This document shows positions 50,186 through 59,939 of a stretch of 64,000 nt of DNA, in pieces. How positions within the stretch are numbered: the first letter of the stretch is position 1; every line of letters starts with the position of its first letter. The position numbers were made by a program, and so were the translations under genes. Origin of the DNA: Tropicibacter sp. R16_0 (GTDB lineage: Bacteria > Pseudomonadota > Alphaproteobacteria > Rhodobacterales > Rhodobacteraceae); NCBI RefSeq assembly GCF_017743935.1, contig NZ_JAGHRE010000001.1, forward strand, positions 167,683 through 231,682, read 5' to 3'. A model generated the notes under the pieces. That model was not told the DNA's origin. It searched no databases and worked only from the letters and a program-made list of their open reading frames with translations.

Positions 50186-51334
50186 TTACAGCGCCGCTTC
50201 GCTGCCCAAGACCGCCGTATACTCGTTCGAGAATGTGCCGCCGTTGCCATGCGCGATGGCGATGTTGACGTCATCAATCTGACGCTTGCCACCATCGCCC
50301 CGGATCTGCGTTGCCGCCTCAATCAGGCAGAACAGACCGTACATGCCCGGATGCACACAGCTCAGACCACCGCCATTGGTGTTCACCGGCAGGGTTCCAC
50401 CGGGCGCGATGTTGCCATCGGCCACAAAGGCACCGGCCTCACCCTTTTTCACGAACCCCATGTCCTCAAGGAACAACAGCGTGTTGATGGTGAAGGCGTC
50501 ATAGAGCTCGACCACATCCACATCCTTGGTGGTGATCCCGGCCATGTCGAACGCGCGTTTCGAGCTTTCAGCCGCGCAGGTGGTGGTCAGCGTCGCGGCT
50601 TGGCTGATCTCGCGGTGCGAGATGGCGTTGCCGCCGCCCAGGAAATAGGCGGGCTTGTCCTGATAGTCCTTGGCGCGGTCGGCCGAGGTCACGATAATCG
50701 CAGCGCCACCATCCGACATCAGGCAGCAGTCGAGAACCGTCAACGGATCGGCCACACTGGGCGAGGCCAGGTATTCTTCCATCGTCAGATCGGCCTGCAT
50801 GGTCGCATCGGGGTTCAGCTGCGCCCATTTGCGCGCCGAGATGGCAACATGACCAAAGTGCTCTTTGGGCACGCCATACTCGTGCATGTAGCGCTGCGCC
50901 GTGAACGCATACCCCGGAACCGGCACCATCGGCTCATAGGCGCGCTCCCACTGGGGCGTCTCGATCAACCCGTTCAGGTCGCGCGCCGATTTGGCGTTCG
51001 AGCCGTAGCAGATCAGCACGTTCTTACACAGACCCGCCTGGATCGCCATGGTGGCCTCGACCAGATACGACATGAAGGACGAGCCCCCCACCATGTCCGA
51101 GTTCGCCCAGGTCGGCTTGACGCCCAGATACTCGGCGATCGAAAGGGTGGGGAAGAAGTGATAGAAGGTGCCGCCACAGATGCCGTCAATCTCCGACAGG
51201 TCCATGCCCGCATCATCCAACGCGTTTTTGGTCGCCTTGGCGATCAGTTCCATGGGCGAGGTGTTGGGCGTCTTGCCCAGACCCCAATAGCCTTTGCCAA
51301 CAATTGCGGATTTGCCGCGCAATGCGTGTGCCAT
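50186..51334 (-). CDS. SCP-x-type thiolase (thiolase-like, non-classical)
   Basis: 382 aa thiolase fold with C-terminal catalytic region (NTNGGGLS, HGNGG). Confidence 0.75.
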   Translation of the reverse strand: MAHALRGKSAIVGKGYWGLGKTPNTSPMELIAKATKNALDDAGMDLSEIDGICGGTFYHFFPTLSIAEYLGVKPTWANSDMVGGSSFMSYLVEATMAIQAGLCKNVLICYGSNAKSARDLNGLIETPQWERAYEPMVPVPGYAFTAQRYMHEYGVPKEHFGHVAISARKWAQLNPDATMQADLTMEEYLASPSVADPLTVLDCCLMSDGGAAIIVTSADRAKDYQDKPAYFLGGGNAISHREISQAATLTTTCAAESSKRAFDMAGITTKDVDVVELYDAFTINTLLFLEDMGFVKKGEAGAFVADGNIAPGGTLPVNTNGGGLSCVHPGMYGLFCLIEAATQIRGDGGKRQIDDVNIAIAHGNGGTFSNEYTAVLGSEAAL

Positions 51335-51346
51335 GTGTCTAACTCC

Positions 51347-51757
51347 TTACGCGGGCTTGAAGAATACAGCGGGTTCGCCGGATTTGGCGTTGGGGCCGAA
51401 ATCGGGGGTCATGACAACAGCCTGAACTTTCATGCCGATCTTGATGTCCTCGTTTGCGCACCCGATGATCCGGGTGAACAGGCGGGGGCCTTCCTCCAGA
51501 TCAACCAGCACGTTGTTGATGTCGCCACCAAACTTGGCGGGCTTGCGGATGATGGTGCTGGCGTAAACGGTGCCCTTGCCCGAGGCCTCGACCCATTCCA
51601 GATCGTCAGCACCGGTGGTGGGTGACAACGCGCGGGGGTAGAAGTTGTATTCGCCGGTCGTTGTGGATCGCTGGATCAGGAACTTGCCAGCAGCCAGGCC
51701 CGCGCGGAATGCCGCGTCGGCCTGTGGGCTGGCTTCGGGGAGTGCAAAGTCAGTCAT
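51347..51757 (-). CDS. DUF35 OB-fold/Zn-ribbon protein (thiolase partner subunit)
   Basis: 136 aa. Immediately upstream of the SCP-x thiolase, as in ChsH/Ltp-type pairs. Confidence 0.65.
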   Translation of the reverse strand: MTDFALPEASPQADAAFRAGLAAGKFLIQRSTTTGEYNFYPRALSPTTGADDLEWVEASGKGTVYASTIIRKPAKFGGDINNVLVDLEEGPRLFTRIIGCANEDIKIGMKVQAVVMTPDFGPNAKSGEPAVFFKPA

Positions 51758-51771
51758 GTTGCTTCCTTGGG

Positions 51772-53400
51772 TTAAGCGGCAAACAGTGCCGCGTCATGTG
51801 TGGGTTCGGGGTTCAGAATGCGCCGCCGCAGCAGCGCAGATTCCGGCAACAGGCGGCTGCGCACATGGGCAGCAGCCGCTCGCAAAAGGGCAGGCTCGGG
51901 GGCGTGATCAGCGGCGATTTCCATGTCTGCCCAGACCCGCCCGAAATAGACCAGCCCGGTCAGGCGCATGTAGTCGTTCACCGATGGCCCGATGTCGCCA
52001 CGGGTCTGCATCGCCGCCGTGGCCTGACGCCAATCCTCGATCGCATCGGCCAGCTCCATCGACGTCTCACCGGTCGCGACCAGTTCGTCAAATGCAGTTG
52101 CCGCAGCACCATCCTTGGCCCGGATCGCGCGCCGCGCCACGCCGGTGGCCAGCACGCCATTGGTGCCCTCATAGATGGCCATGATCCGCGCATCGCGCAT
52201 GATCTGCTCGACCCGGTATTCCTTGCAGAACCCGTATCCGCCGTGGATCTGCACCGCGAGGCTGGAGGTGGAATTCACCGCATCGGTGGCAAAGGCCTTG
52301 CAGGTCGGCGTCAGGATATCCAGCAGGCCCTGATCCGCGCCCAGATCCATATCCACAAAGGTCTTATAGACCATCGCGCGACAGCCCATGGTGTGGGCGT
52401 AGATGTCCAAAAGCATCCGCTGCACATCACCATGCTCGGTGATCAGGGCAGTGCCTTCGGCCGTTGTCCCCTGACGGCGACCGGCCGCATGGGCGCGGGC
52501 GCGTTGGAACGCGACATCCATCTGTCCCACGGCCTGCAACGAGACATCCAGACGCTCGGCGTTCATCATGGTGAACATGGCTTCCAGCCCCTTGCCTTCC
52601 TCGCCCAGCAACTCGCCCCGCGCGCCGTCAAAGGCCATCTGACAGGTGGGCGAGCCGTGCATGCCCATCTTGTCCTCAAGCCGCACGGTCTGCACCGTGT
52701 TGCGGGTGCCATCGGGCAGCACGGCAGGGCAGGCAAAGAGGCTCAGGCCCCGCACACCCGGCGCCGCATCCGGCGTCCGCGCCAGCACCAGATGCATCAC
52801 ATTGTCGGTGTAATCATGATCACCGCCCGAGATGAAAATCTTGGCCCCGCTGATCGCATAGCCATCGCCATCCGGTGTCGCTAAAGTTTTGATCCGGCCC
52901 AGGTCCGAACCCGCATCCGGTTCCGTCAGGCACATCGATGCCATCCATTCGCCCGACACCAGCGGCGGCAGCAGCCGCGCCTTTTGCTCGTCCGAGCCCG
53001 ACGCCTTGATCGTGCGAATGCATCCCTGCGCCAGGCTCAATACCATCTCATAAGAAATACACGCACCGGCCAGCATATCCGCCAGCACCGCACCAAACAC
53101 ATGCGGCAGGTCCATGCCGCCAAACTCTTCCGGAGAACACAGCCCCGGCCACCCGGCCTCGGCATAGCGCTTATAAGCGGTGACCATCTCGGGTGGCATC
53201 CGCACCCGGCCGTTTTCCAGCTTGGCCCCCACTTCGTCGCCAATCACATCCAGCGGCGCGATCTCGGCGTTGATGAACTTGGCCAGCGCCGGGATCACAT
53301 CCTCGGCGGTCTCATCGCTCCATTCATCCAGCCGCTCGGGCCGCCCGATGTGTTTCAGAACAAAGGCAATGTCAGCCTCGGACGCGGTATAGTCGATCAT
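51772..53400 (-). CDS. acyl-CoA dehydrogenase (long form, ~540 aa)
   Basis: ACAD N-, middle and C-domains (MCLTEPDAGSDLG, GEEGKG, QIHGGYGF). Confidence 0.8.
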   Translation of the reverse strand: MIDYTASEADIAFVLKHIGRPERLDEWSDETAEDVIPALAKFINAEIAPLDVIGDEVGAKLENGRVRMPPEMVTAYKRYAEAGWPGLCSPEEFGGMDLPHVFGAVLADMLAGACISYEMVLSLAQGCIRTIKASGSDEQKARLLPPLVSGEWMASMCLTEPDAGSDLGRIKTLATPDGDGYAISGAKIFISGGDHDYTDNVMHLVLARTPDAAPGVRGLSLFACPAVLPDGTRNTVQTVRLEDKMGMHGSPTCQMAFDGARGELLGEEGKGLEAMFTMMNAERLDVSLQAVGQMDVAFQRARAHAAGRRQGTTAEGTALITEHGDVQRMLLDIYAHTMGCRAMVYKTFVDMDLGADQGLLDILTPTCKAFATDAVNSTSSLAVQIHGGYGFCKEYRVEQIMRDARIMAIYEGTNGVLATGVARRAIRAKDGAAATAFDELVATGETSMELADAIEDWRQATAAMQTRGDIGPSVNDYMRLTGLVYFGRVWADMEIAADHAPEPALLRAAAAHVRSRLLPESALLRRRILNPEPTHDAALFAA

Positions 53401-55241
53401 GCGTGCACCTTGACCGAGGCAATGACGCGCTCGGACCCTTCGTAAAGTTCGCTCACCGCCGCGTCGCGCAATTCCAGCGCCAGACGCTGGTTGATATAGC
53501 CCTTGTCGGTGATCTCATTCCTTTCGACCGACGGCGCGTCGGTCTGCACCAGAACCCGCTTCACGCGCGTGGCGCTGCCGGTCTGGCCCGCGTTATAGGC
53601 GCTCAGCCGCTCCTCGATGAACGCGCGCACCGCTGGGTCGCTGGCATAGCCCGCCAGGTCATCCACACGCCCTGCCAGCGTCTTGCATTCGTCCGCGTTC
53701 AGAAACAGCAGCGCGCCGATGTCGTTGCGGTTGTGGCCGGTGATCACGGCATCGGACACGATGGGTTTCAACGCATCCAACAGCGCAATCCGCAGGTTGC
53801 CCACGGCCACCCAGGTGCCGGTCATCAGCTTGAAATTCTCGGACGTGCGCCCGTCGAAATAGATGCCCTTGCTCAGGTCATCCTGATCCACCAAACGCCC
53901 CGCGTCCCCGGTCAGGTAAAACCCATATTCGTCAAAGGCCTCGACCGTCTTTTTGGCGTTGTTCAGGTAGCCGGGCGTCACATGCGGCCCGCGTACGCGC
54001 ATTTCCAGCTTGCCGCCATTGGGCAGAAACTTCAGCTCGTACCCCGGCGTCGGCAGGCCGATCACATCGGCGCTGGGCACCTGGAAATGCACGCATGTGA
54101 TCAACATCGCTTCGGTCGCGCCCCAGGCGCTGACGAACGGCACCGTCTCCCCCCGTTCTGCCACACCCAGCTCTTCCAGCCCTTCCCACAGGTGATCGGG
54201 CAGGCCGGCACCTGAGAAAAAGATCAGCTGCAACCGCTCAAAGAACGCTTTGCGCAACGCCGCATCCTCGCGCATCACCGGCAGCATCATGTCGAACCCT
54301 TTGGGCACGTTGAAATAAAGCGTCGGCGATACATCGCGAATGTTGCGCATGGTCTTTTCGATTTCGCCGGGCACCGGCTTGCCATCGTCGATGTAGAACG
54401 TGCCGCCGTTCCACAGGATCTGGTTGAAGTTGAAGTTGCCGCCAAACGTGTGGTTCCAGGGCAGCCAATCCACGATCACCGGCGGCTCATCCCCCAGGAA
54501 CGGCCAGATCTGCACCAGCGCCTGTTGGCTCGCCAGCATCATCTCCTGGTTGACGATCACACCCTTTGGCATGCCGGTCGAGCCAGAGGTGAACAGGATC
54601 TTGGCAACGGTTTTGTGATCCACCTTGGCGGCCTCAACCACCACATCACCGCTGATGGGGGTTTGCAGCGCCGCGTCATAGGTCAGCGTGCCATCGTCGG
54701 ACAGAAGCGTGATGCCCTCGCCACCGAGGTAGTCAAACGCATTGGCAAAGGTCTGTGAATCCGCCGCATAGGCCATGCCGGGGGACGTCACGGACACGAT
54801 ATGGCGCAGCTTGGCCAACGTCTTGTCATGCAGCGAGTAGGGGACGGATACAGGCACCACCGGAATGCCCACATGCATCGCGGCAAGCATCAGCACGCCG
54901 TGGCGCACCGAATTGCCCGACAGGATCAACAGCGGCCTGTCCGGCCCCAGCCCTTGCGCCAGCAGAAACGCCGCCAGCGATTGAACCTGCGTGTGCGCCT
55001 CGGCATAGGACACACCCTGCCAGGTATCGCCGCCACCGCGCTCCATCAGATAGGGGCGATCCGGGGCTTCGACGGCCCAGCGGTCCAAAAGCTCTGACAG
55101 GTTCTTGACCTTGATTTCGAACGGCTGCGGGCTGCGCAGCACAAAGGCCCCGTCGCCCAAATCTTCGCGAACCACTTCGGCTGGGGCAAATTTGGTGGCT
55201 GGATAGACCGATCTCATCGTCTCGCGACCCTCTGTGGTCAT
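53397..55241 (-). CDS. feruloyl-CoA-synthetase-type AMP-dependent acyl-CoA ligase (~610 aa)
   Basis: AMP-binding signature ILFTSGSTGMPKGVIVNQ. Length and architecture resemble Fcs-type hydroxycinnamate-CoA ligases. 4-nt overlap with the ACAD gene. Confidence 0.7.
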   Translation of the reverse strand: MTTEGRETMRSVYPATKFAPAEVVREDLGDGAFVLRSPQPFEIKVKNLSELLDRWAVEAPDRPYLMERGGGDTWQGVSYAEAHTQVQSLAAFLLAQGLGPDRPLLILSGNSVRHGVLMLAAMHVGIPVVPVSVPYSLHDKTLAKLRHIVSVTSPGMAYAADSQTFANAFDYLGGEGITLLSDDGTLTYDAALQTPISGDVVVEAAKVDHKTVAKILFTSGSTGMPKGVIVNQEMMLASQQALVQIWPFLGDEPPVIVDWLPWNHTFGGNFNFNQILWNGGTFYIDDGKPVPGEIEKTMRNIRDVSPTLYFNVPKGFDMMLPVMREDAALRKAFFERLQLIFFSGAGLPDHLWEGLEELGVAERGETVPFVSAWGATEAMLITCVHFQVPSADVIGLPTPGYELKFLPNGGKLEMRVRGPHVTPGYLNNAKKTVEAFDEYGFYLTGDAGRLVDQDDLSKGIYFDGRTSENFKLMTGTWVAVGNLRIALLDALKPIVSDAVITGHNRNDIGALLFLNADECKTLAGRVDDLAGYASDPAVRAFIEERLSAYNAGQTGSATRVKRVLVQTDAPSVERNEITDKGYINQRLALELRDAAVSELYEGSERVIASVKVHA

Positions 55242-55451
55242 TTCGTCTCACTCCCTGGCGTCATCTGCCGGAATCACGCCCGTGACGCCGGTTTTGTCAG
55301 AATCAGACTACCCAAGAGATTGTTAGTGTGCAAATGTATTATTGAGCGTTCACTTAAGTTCGCAATTCGAGATAATTCGCCCAAGGGTTTGACGCAAGCC
55401 GATGGCAGATGTGCCGTCGCGTACCTTGGGCCGGGACATGAGGAGTTCGAC

Positions 55452-56213
55452 ATGAAAATCGAAAACGCATCCGCGATCGTAACGGGCGGGGCTTCGGGGC
55501 TGGGTTTTGCCACGGCCAAGGCTCTGGTGGAAAAGGGCGCTAAGGTGGCGTTGTTCGACTTGCCGGGCGACAAGCTCGAGGCCTCGGCCAAGGAGCTGGG
55601 CGCGGTCGCTGCCCCCTGCGACGTCACCAGCGCCGAGGGCGTCGCCGCCGCGTTGGAAACAGCCATCGCCGCCAACGGCTTGCCGCGCGTGGCCGTCAAC
55701 TGCGCCGGTGTCACCTATGGCGAGCGTATCGTGGGCCGCAATGGCGCAGCCTCGCTCGACGCTTTTGCCCGCACCGTACAGATCAACCTGATCGGCACCT
55801 TCAACGTCATGCGTCTGGTGGCCGAGAAGATGGCTCAGAACGACGCGCTCGACGACAACGAACGCGGTGTGATCATCAACACCTCCTCCGCCGCCGCCTT
55901 CGAGGGACAGATCGGGCAGGCGGCCTATGCCGCCTCCAAGGGCGGCGTTGCCAGCCTGACCCTGCCGGCCGCGCGTGAGTTCGCCCGCTCGGGCATCCGC
56001 GTACTGGCAATCGCGCCGGGTATCTTCTCGACTCCGATGATGGATCTGCTGCCGCAGGACATTCAGGACAGCCTGGGGGCCAAGGTTCCGTTCCCCTCGC
56101 GCCTTGGCAAACCGACAGAATTCGCGCAGCTTGCAAGCCACATGATCGAGAACACCATGCTCAACGGGGAATGCGTGCGCCTGGACGGTGCCATCCGTCT
56201 GGAGCCGAAATAA
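55452..56213 (+). CDS. short-chain dehydrogenase/reductase, 3-hydroxyacyl-CoA dehydrogenase type
   Basis: ATG 55452 with AGGAG RBS. TGGASGLG Rossmann motif and Y-x-x-x-K (YAASK). Confidence 0.8.
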   Translation: MKIENASAIVTGGASGLGFATAKALVEKGAKVALFDLPGDKLEASAKELGAVAAPCDVTSAEGVAAALETAIAANGLPRVAVNCAGVTYGERIVGRNGAASLDAFARTVQINLIGTFNVMRLVAEKMAQNDALDDNERGVIINTSSAAAFEGQIGQAAYAASKGGVASLTLPAAREFARSGIRVLAIAPGIFSTPMMDLLPQDIQDSLGAKVPFPSRLGKPTEFAQLASHMIENTMLNGECVRLDGAIRLEPK

Positions 56214-56224
56214 GGACGCCCGCA

Positions 56225-56995
56225 ATGGACTATACCCACATCACCAGCGAGACCGACGGCAAAATTGGTATCCTGACCCTCGACCGCCCGGCCAAGTTCA
56301 ACGCCATCAACCACGGGCTGCTGTTCGAGATCGAGCATTATTTTGACACCCTGCCGGACGAGATCGGCGCGGTGGTGATCCGCTCGTCGGGGCAGCATTT
56401 CTGCGCCGGTCTCGATCTGCTGGAACATTCCATGCGCGATGCCGCAGGCGCCATGCATGAATGCCGCCTTTGGCACCGGATCTTTGACAAGATCGAATAC
56501 GGCCGCGTGCCGGTTGTGGCCGCGATGAACGGCGGCGTTCTGGGTGGGGGGATGGAGCTGGCCATGACCGCCCACGTCCGCGTCAGCCAAGAGGACACGT
56601 TCTATGAACTCCCCGAGGGTCGCCGCGCCATCTTTGTCGGCGGCGGGGCCACCGTCCGTGTCGGCCGCATCATCGGCGCCAGCCGGATGATGGAGATGAT
56701 GCTGACCGGTCGCCGCTATCTGGCGCAGCAGGGCATGGATCTTGGCCTCGCACACTACGTCGAGCCCAATGGCACAGCTTTTGACAAGGCAATGGAACTG
56801 GCCCGCCGCGTGACCGAGAATGCGCCGCTGTCGAATTACATGATGATGCAGGCGATCACCCGCATCAATGACATGTCCGCCAGCGACGGCTTGTTCACCG
56901 AAAGCCTCGCCGCCGCCATCGCGCAATCCTCGCCCGAGGCGCGCGCAGGGATGGAAGCGTTCCTGGCCAAAACCGGCAAGCGCGACAATCAGTAA
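56225..56995 (+). CDS. enoyl-CoA hydratase/isomerase (crotonase) family
   Basis: ATG 56225 (MDYTHITSETDGKIGILTLDRPAKFNAI...). Crotonase oxyanion-hole segments (FCAGLDL, GGGMELA). Confidence 0.8.
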   Translation: MDYTHITSETDGKIGILTLDRPAKFNAINHGLLFEIEHYFDTLPDEIGAVVIRSSGQHFCAGLDLLEHSMRDAAGAMHECRLWHRIFDKIEYGRVPVVAAMNGGVLGGGMELAMTAHVRVSQEDTFYELPEGRRAIFVGGGATVRVGRIIGASRMMEMMLTGRRYLAQQGMDLGLAHYVEPNGTAFDKAMELARRVTENAPLSNYMMMQAITRINDMSASDGLFTESLAAAIAQSSPEARAGMEAFLAKTGKRDNQ

Positions 56996-57258
56996 CCGCG
57001 CAAAGGCCCGGCAACGCCCGGGCTGGCCCAACTTGGGCCCCAGCCGCTGCCAAAAACGTTGAAAATCGCGAACCCTTCAGCAGATTTGGCGCGCCGTTGC
57101 GAGTTGACCCCCTCGAAGATGTTTCGAGGGGGTACTCAGACTCCAAATGCAAACACTGACAGAACTCCGGTCATCCTCCGCTTGGACGATGGTCCGTACG
57201 TTGAAAGCGCAAAGGCGAATGGCTCCTTGCCACGACCTCATTGGCCAGATCGCAGGTC

Positions 57259-57663
57259 TCATGGGGCTCCGAAAAGAACTGCGTTCATAGCGCGACCGGG
57301 TAGCAAGGTGAACAAACCAGTTACGACCAAGGCTAAGGCAAACAGTGACATCATGATCGTTTGGTGGCGTCTGATGTCTCCCTGACGCGCCGCTTTGATC
57401 GCCAGATAAAGGCTAACAAGGGTCACTGGGATCAATAGGTGGATGGGCGAGTAGTTCCCCCAAACACGTATCTCGTGGATGAACACTGCCGTGAGTGCTG
57501 TTCCCGCCATAAGCGCAACCCATACGTATCCTGTCAGCCGGTGAAGCACATTGCCTTTCGGAAGAGCAAATTGCACCGCTCCCAAAAAGAGTGCGCCAAT
57601 CGCCATCAGCGCGTGAGGAGGAATTGGCGGTTCTTTTGCCCATAGATATGACCATTCAAACAT
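57259..57663 (-). CDS. hypothetical 4-TM membrane protein, co-transcribed with TetR
   Basis: 134 aa hydrophobic. Start overlaps the TetR stop. Lower GC than surroundings. Confidence 0.45.
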   Translation of the reverse strand: MFEWSYLWAKEPPIPPHALMAIGALFLGAVQFALPKGNVLHRLTGYVWVALMAGTALTAVFIHEIRVWGNYSPIHLLIPVTLVSLYLAIKAARQGDIRRHQTIMMSLFALALVVTGLFTLLPGRAMNAVLFGAP

Positions 57664-57665
57664 CG

Positions 57666-58265
57666 TCAGTTCTCCGGGTTGTAGTGCGCCAAAAACATGG
57701 CGATGCAGTCGTTCAATACGTTCTTTGGTGTCGGGTTTTCGCCCAGGAAAAACTCTGGCCAGAAGAAGAAACTTTTGACGAGCCCCAGCAACTGGTTGGT
57801 TGCGAAAACGGGATCAGCCTTTCGGATCACGCCTGCGTCCATGGCTTCGCCGATCAACTTCGTCATCGGATAATCGTGGGCTTCCGTCTCTGAAAAGAAC
57901 TTCCGAGACCGGTCAAGGTCGCGGATCAGCTCAGATAGAACCATGCGGTTTAACCCGATAGCCGTCTCGTCCGTTATGACCGCAATATACTGCCATAGAG
58001 CGTCCTCGAGCTGCTCAACGAAGTCGCGACTTGGGTCATAGGACACCGGTTGCATGCTCTGGTTTTGCTTCAACATGATTTCGGAAATCGCGTCGAACAG
58101 GGATTCCTTGCTCTCGAAGTGATTGTAGAGCGTGCGACTCGAAACCTGCGCTCTTTTGGCGATTGAGGTTGTCGTCGCCCCCAGAAATCCCTGCTCGCGG
58201 AACTCATCGATGGCTGCATCGATGATATCTTTTCGTTTCTTTTCAGTACGTTTCAAGATTTTCAC
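57666..58265 (-). CDS. TetR-family transcriptional regulator
   Basis: N-terminal TetR HTH (KDIIDAAIDEFREQGFLGATTTSIAKRAQVSSRTLYNHFESKESLF). Gene GC is noticeably below the window average. Confidence 0.8.
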   Translation of the reverse strand: MKILKRTEKKRKDIIDAAIDEFREQGFLGATTTSIAKRAQVSSRTLYNHFESKESLFDAISEIMLKQNQSMQPVSYDPSRDFVEQLEDALWQYIAVITDETAIGLNRMVLSELIRDLDRSRKFFSETEAHDYPMTKLIGEAMDAGVIRKADPVFATNQLLGLVKSFFFWPEFFLGENPTPKNVLNDCIAMFLAHYNPEN

Positions 58266-58271
58266 CCAAAA

Positions 58272-58330
58272 AGTAAAGGATTATGTTTACATTTTCCATC
58301 TTACAGCATAAGTAAACATCATCGTTTACT
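58272..58330. promoter_or_regulatory. two palindromic operator-like sites in the TetR / hydrolase divergent promoter
   Basis: GTAAAGGATTATGTTTAC (58272-58290) and perfect AGTAAAC-ATCATC-GTTTACT (58311-58330) between divergent gene starts. Confidence 0.45.
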
Positions 58331-58375
58331 TTAGCAAGGCGAAACGCCCAGCCCGCAAAAAGGCGGAACGTCACA

Positions 58376-59437
58376 ATGATCAAACTCTCACGACGCCACG
58401 TGATCCAAACTGCCTCGGTCGCTTCTCTGATATCCCTTGTGGGCTGGGGCGCGACCGCAAAACAAACACCACTTCTCATCAACGCAGGAACCCCAAAAAT
58501 GTCCTTCAAACCCGGCTCAAACCCCGTCACGTTCAAATCCTTCGGTCTTGATCTTGTGGGCGATCTGTATCTGCCCGAGAACTTCGATCCGACAAAGAAA
58601 TACAAAGCCATTGTTGGTGCCAGCCCCTTCCCGCAGGTCAAGGACCAGATCCCCGCGACCTACGGCCCGGAAATGGCGGCGCGCGGTTTCATCTACCTTG
58701 GTTTCGACTACATCGGTATGGGATCTTCCCCGGCGCTTCCGGGCGAGCATAAGCAGTCACGCTACATGTTCCGCCTGATCGAGAACACGTGGGACGCCGT
58801 CTCTTACCTCGGCACCCTTCCTTTTGTCGAAGAGATCCACGGCCTGGGCGTATGTCAGGGCGGTTCGATCATCGCTTCTGCCGCCGTGACCGACCACCGC
58901 ATCAAGAAAATCGCCATGGTTTCGGGCATGATGGCAGCGGATGCGTTCCAGTGGACCGACCGCACTATGGCCAACCAGATGATCGCAGGCGCAAACGCCT
59001 CGATGCAGACGCAATATGAGACAGGTGAGCCGGACTATGTCGCCCCCTTTGGCCTGACCGACGAAATGTCCCGCGAAGAGTTCACTTCAGCGGCCGCCTT
59101 TCCAGAGATGGCTGGCGAGACCTATGACTACTACGGTCGTGACGGTGCCAAAGGCCCGATTGCGGTGCCCAGCTACACCAACATGCATATTGGCGACCAA
59201 CCCATGCAGTCCTTGTTCTCCATCGGCGAAGCTTACGCCGACAAGATTGTGCAGCCGTCGCTGACCATCTATGGCACGAACGCCTCAACTGCGATCTGCT
59301 CGACCGCGTTCGTCGCAAAGCTGACCAACGAGCACAAAGAACTGGCCTTTGACGAATTCAGCCACGTCGACTTCTATTACAAGCCCGAGGCCGTCAAAGC
59401 CTCGACCGACGCTGTGGCCGAGTTCTTCAACGCGTAA
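58376..59437 (+). CDS. Tat-secreted alpha/beta hydrolase (dienelactone-hydrolase-like)
   Basis: Twin-arginine signal (SRRHVIQTASVASLISLVGWGATA). Alpha/beta-hydrolase core with nucleophile elbow context GLGVCQGGS. Lower GC. Confidence 0.65.
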   Translation: MIKLSRRHVIQTASVASLISLVGWGATAKQTPLLINAGTPKMSFKPGSNPVTFKSFGLDLVGDLYLPENFDPTKKYKAIVGASPFPQVKDQIPATYGPEMAARGFIYLGFDYIGMGSSPALPGEHKQSRYMFRLIENTWDAVSYLGTLPFVEEIHGLGVCQGGSIIASAAVTDHRIKKIAMVSGMMAADAFQWTDRTMANQMIAGANASMQTQYETGEPDYVAPFGLTDEMSREEFTSAAAFPEMAGETYDYYGRDGAKGPIAVPSYTNMHIGDQPMQSLFSIGEAYADKIVQPSLTIYGTNASTAICSTAFVAKLTNEHKELAFDEFSHVDFYYKPEAVKASTDAVAEFFNA

Positions 59438-59443
59438 CCTGAT

Positions 59444-59473
59444 GGTGGAGGTCATGGCACGATGACCTCCACC
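59444..59473 (+). terminator. 12-bp perfect stem-loop immediately after the hydrolase stop (no U-tract)
   Basis: GGTGGAGGTCAT-GGCACG-ATGACCTCCACC. Confidence 0.35.
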
Positions 59474-59939
59474 GTCCCCGATCGCAAAGCAGTGATCGGT
59501 AAAATGCGCAGCATCTGCCACTCTGGGTTTTGTCGTGTCCCTGGTGCAAAGTCTGCGGCATCACCTGGACCTTAGGCCGGGTCTTTCCGCCGACAATCAT
59601 GATCAGCTCGTTGCCACAACGCCCGCTCTGCTAACCTTTCATCGCTGGTAAAACCGTGTGTCAGGCGGTGCACGGACGGTGCACGCTTGGTGCACGCATT
59701 GTGCCCCGGCAAAAAGCGCAAAATGCAGAAGGTTAACCCCTGCCTCGGTTCGGTCAATTGCGCAGATTGGGTAGAGGGGAAAAGTGGGGAAAGCGAGGAG
59801 GAGAGAGTGCTTTCCCCTGAACGCGACCGGAGCAAAGGGAGAAGCCGATCACGATTCAATTTCGAAACACCGGAGCCTTGTGTGAGAGCGTGAGGGTCGG
59901 CCCCGGTGTTTGGATCAGGGGCCGAAGCCCTTGAAATCA

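Noticed and set aside
49966-50322. 118-aa minus ORF over the palindromic element at 49997-50083
   Set aside because: It coincides with a compound inverted-repeat structure in a convergent spacer. No RBS.
59668-59705. GTGCACG direct repeats as a CRISPR-like array
   Set aside because: Only three 7-8 nt copies with 3-4 nt spacers. This is far below CRISPR repeat/spacer dimensions, and there are no cas genes.
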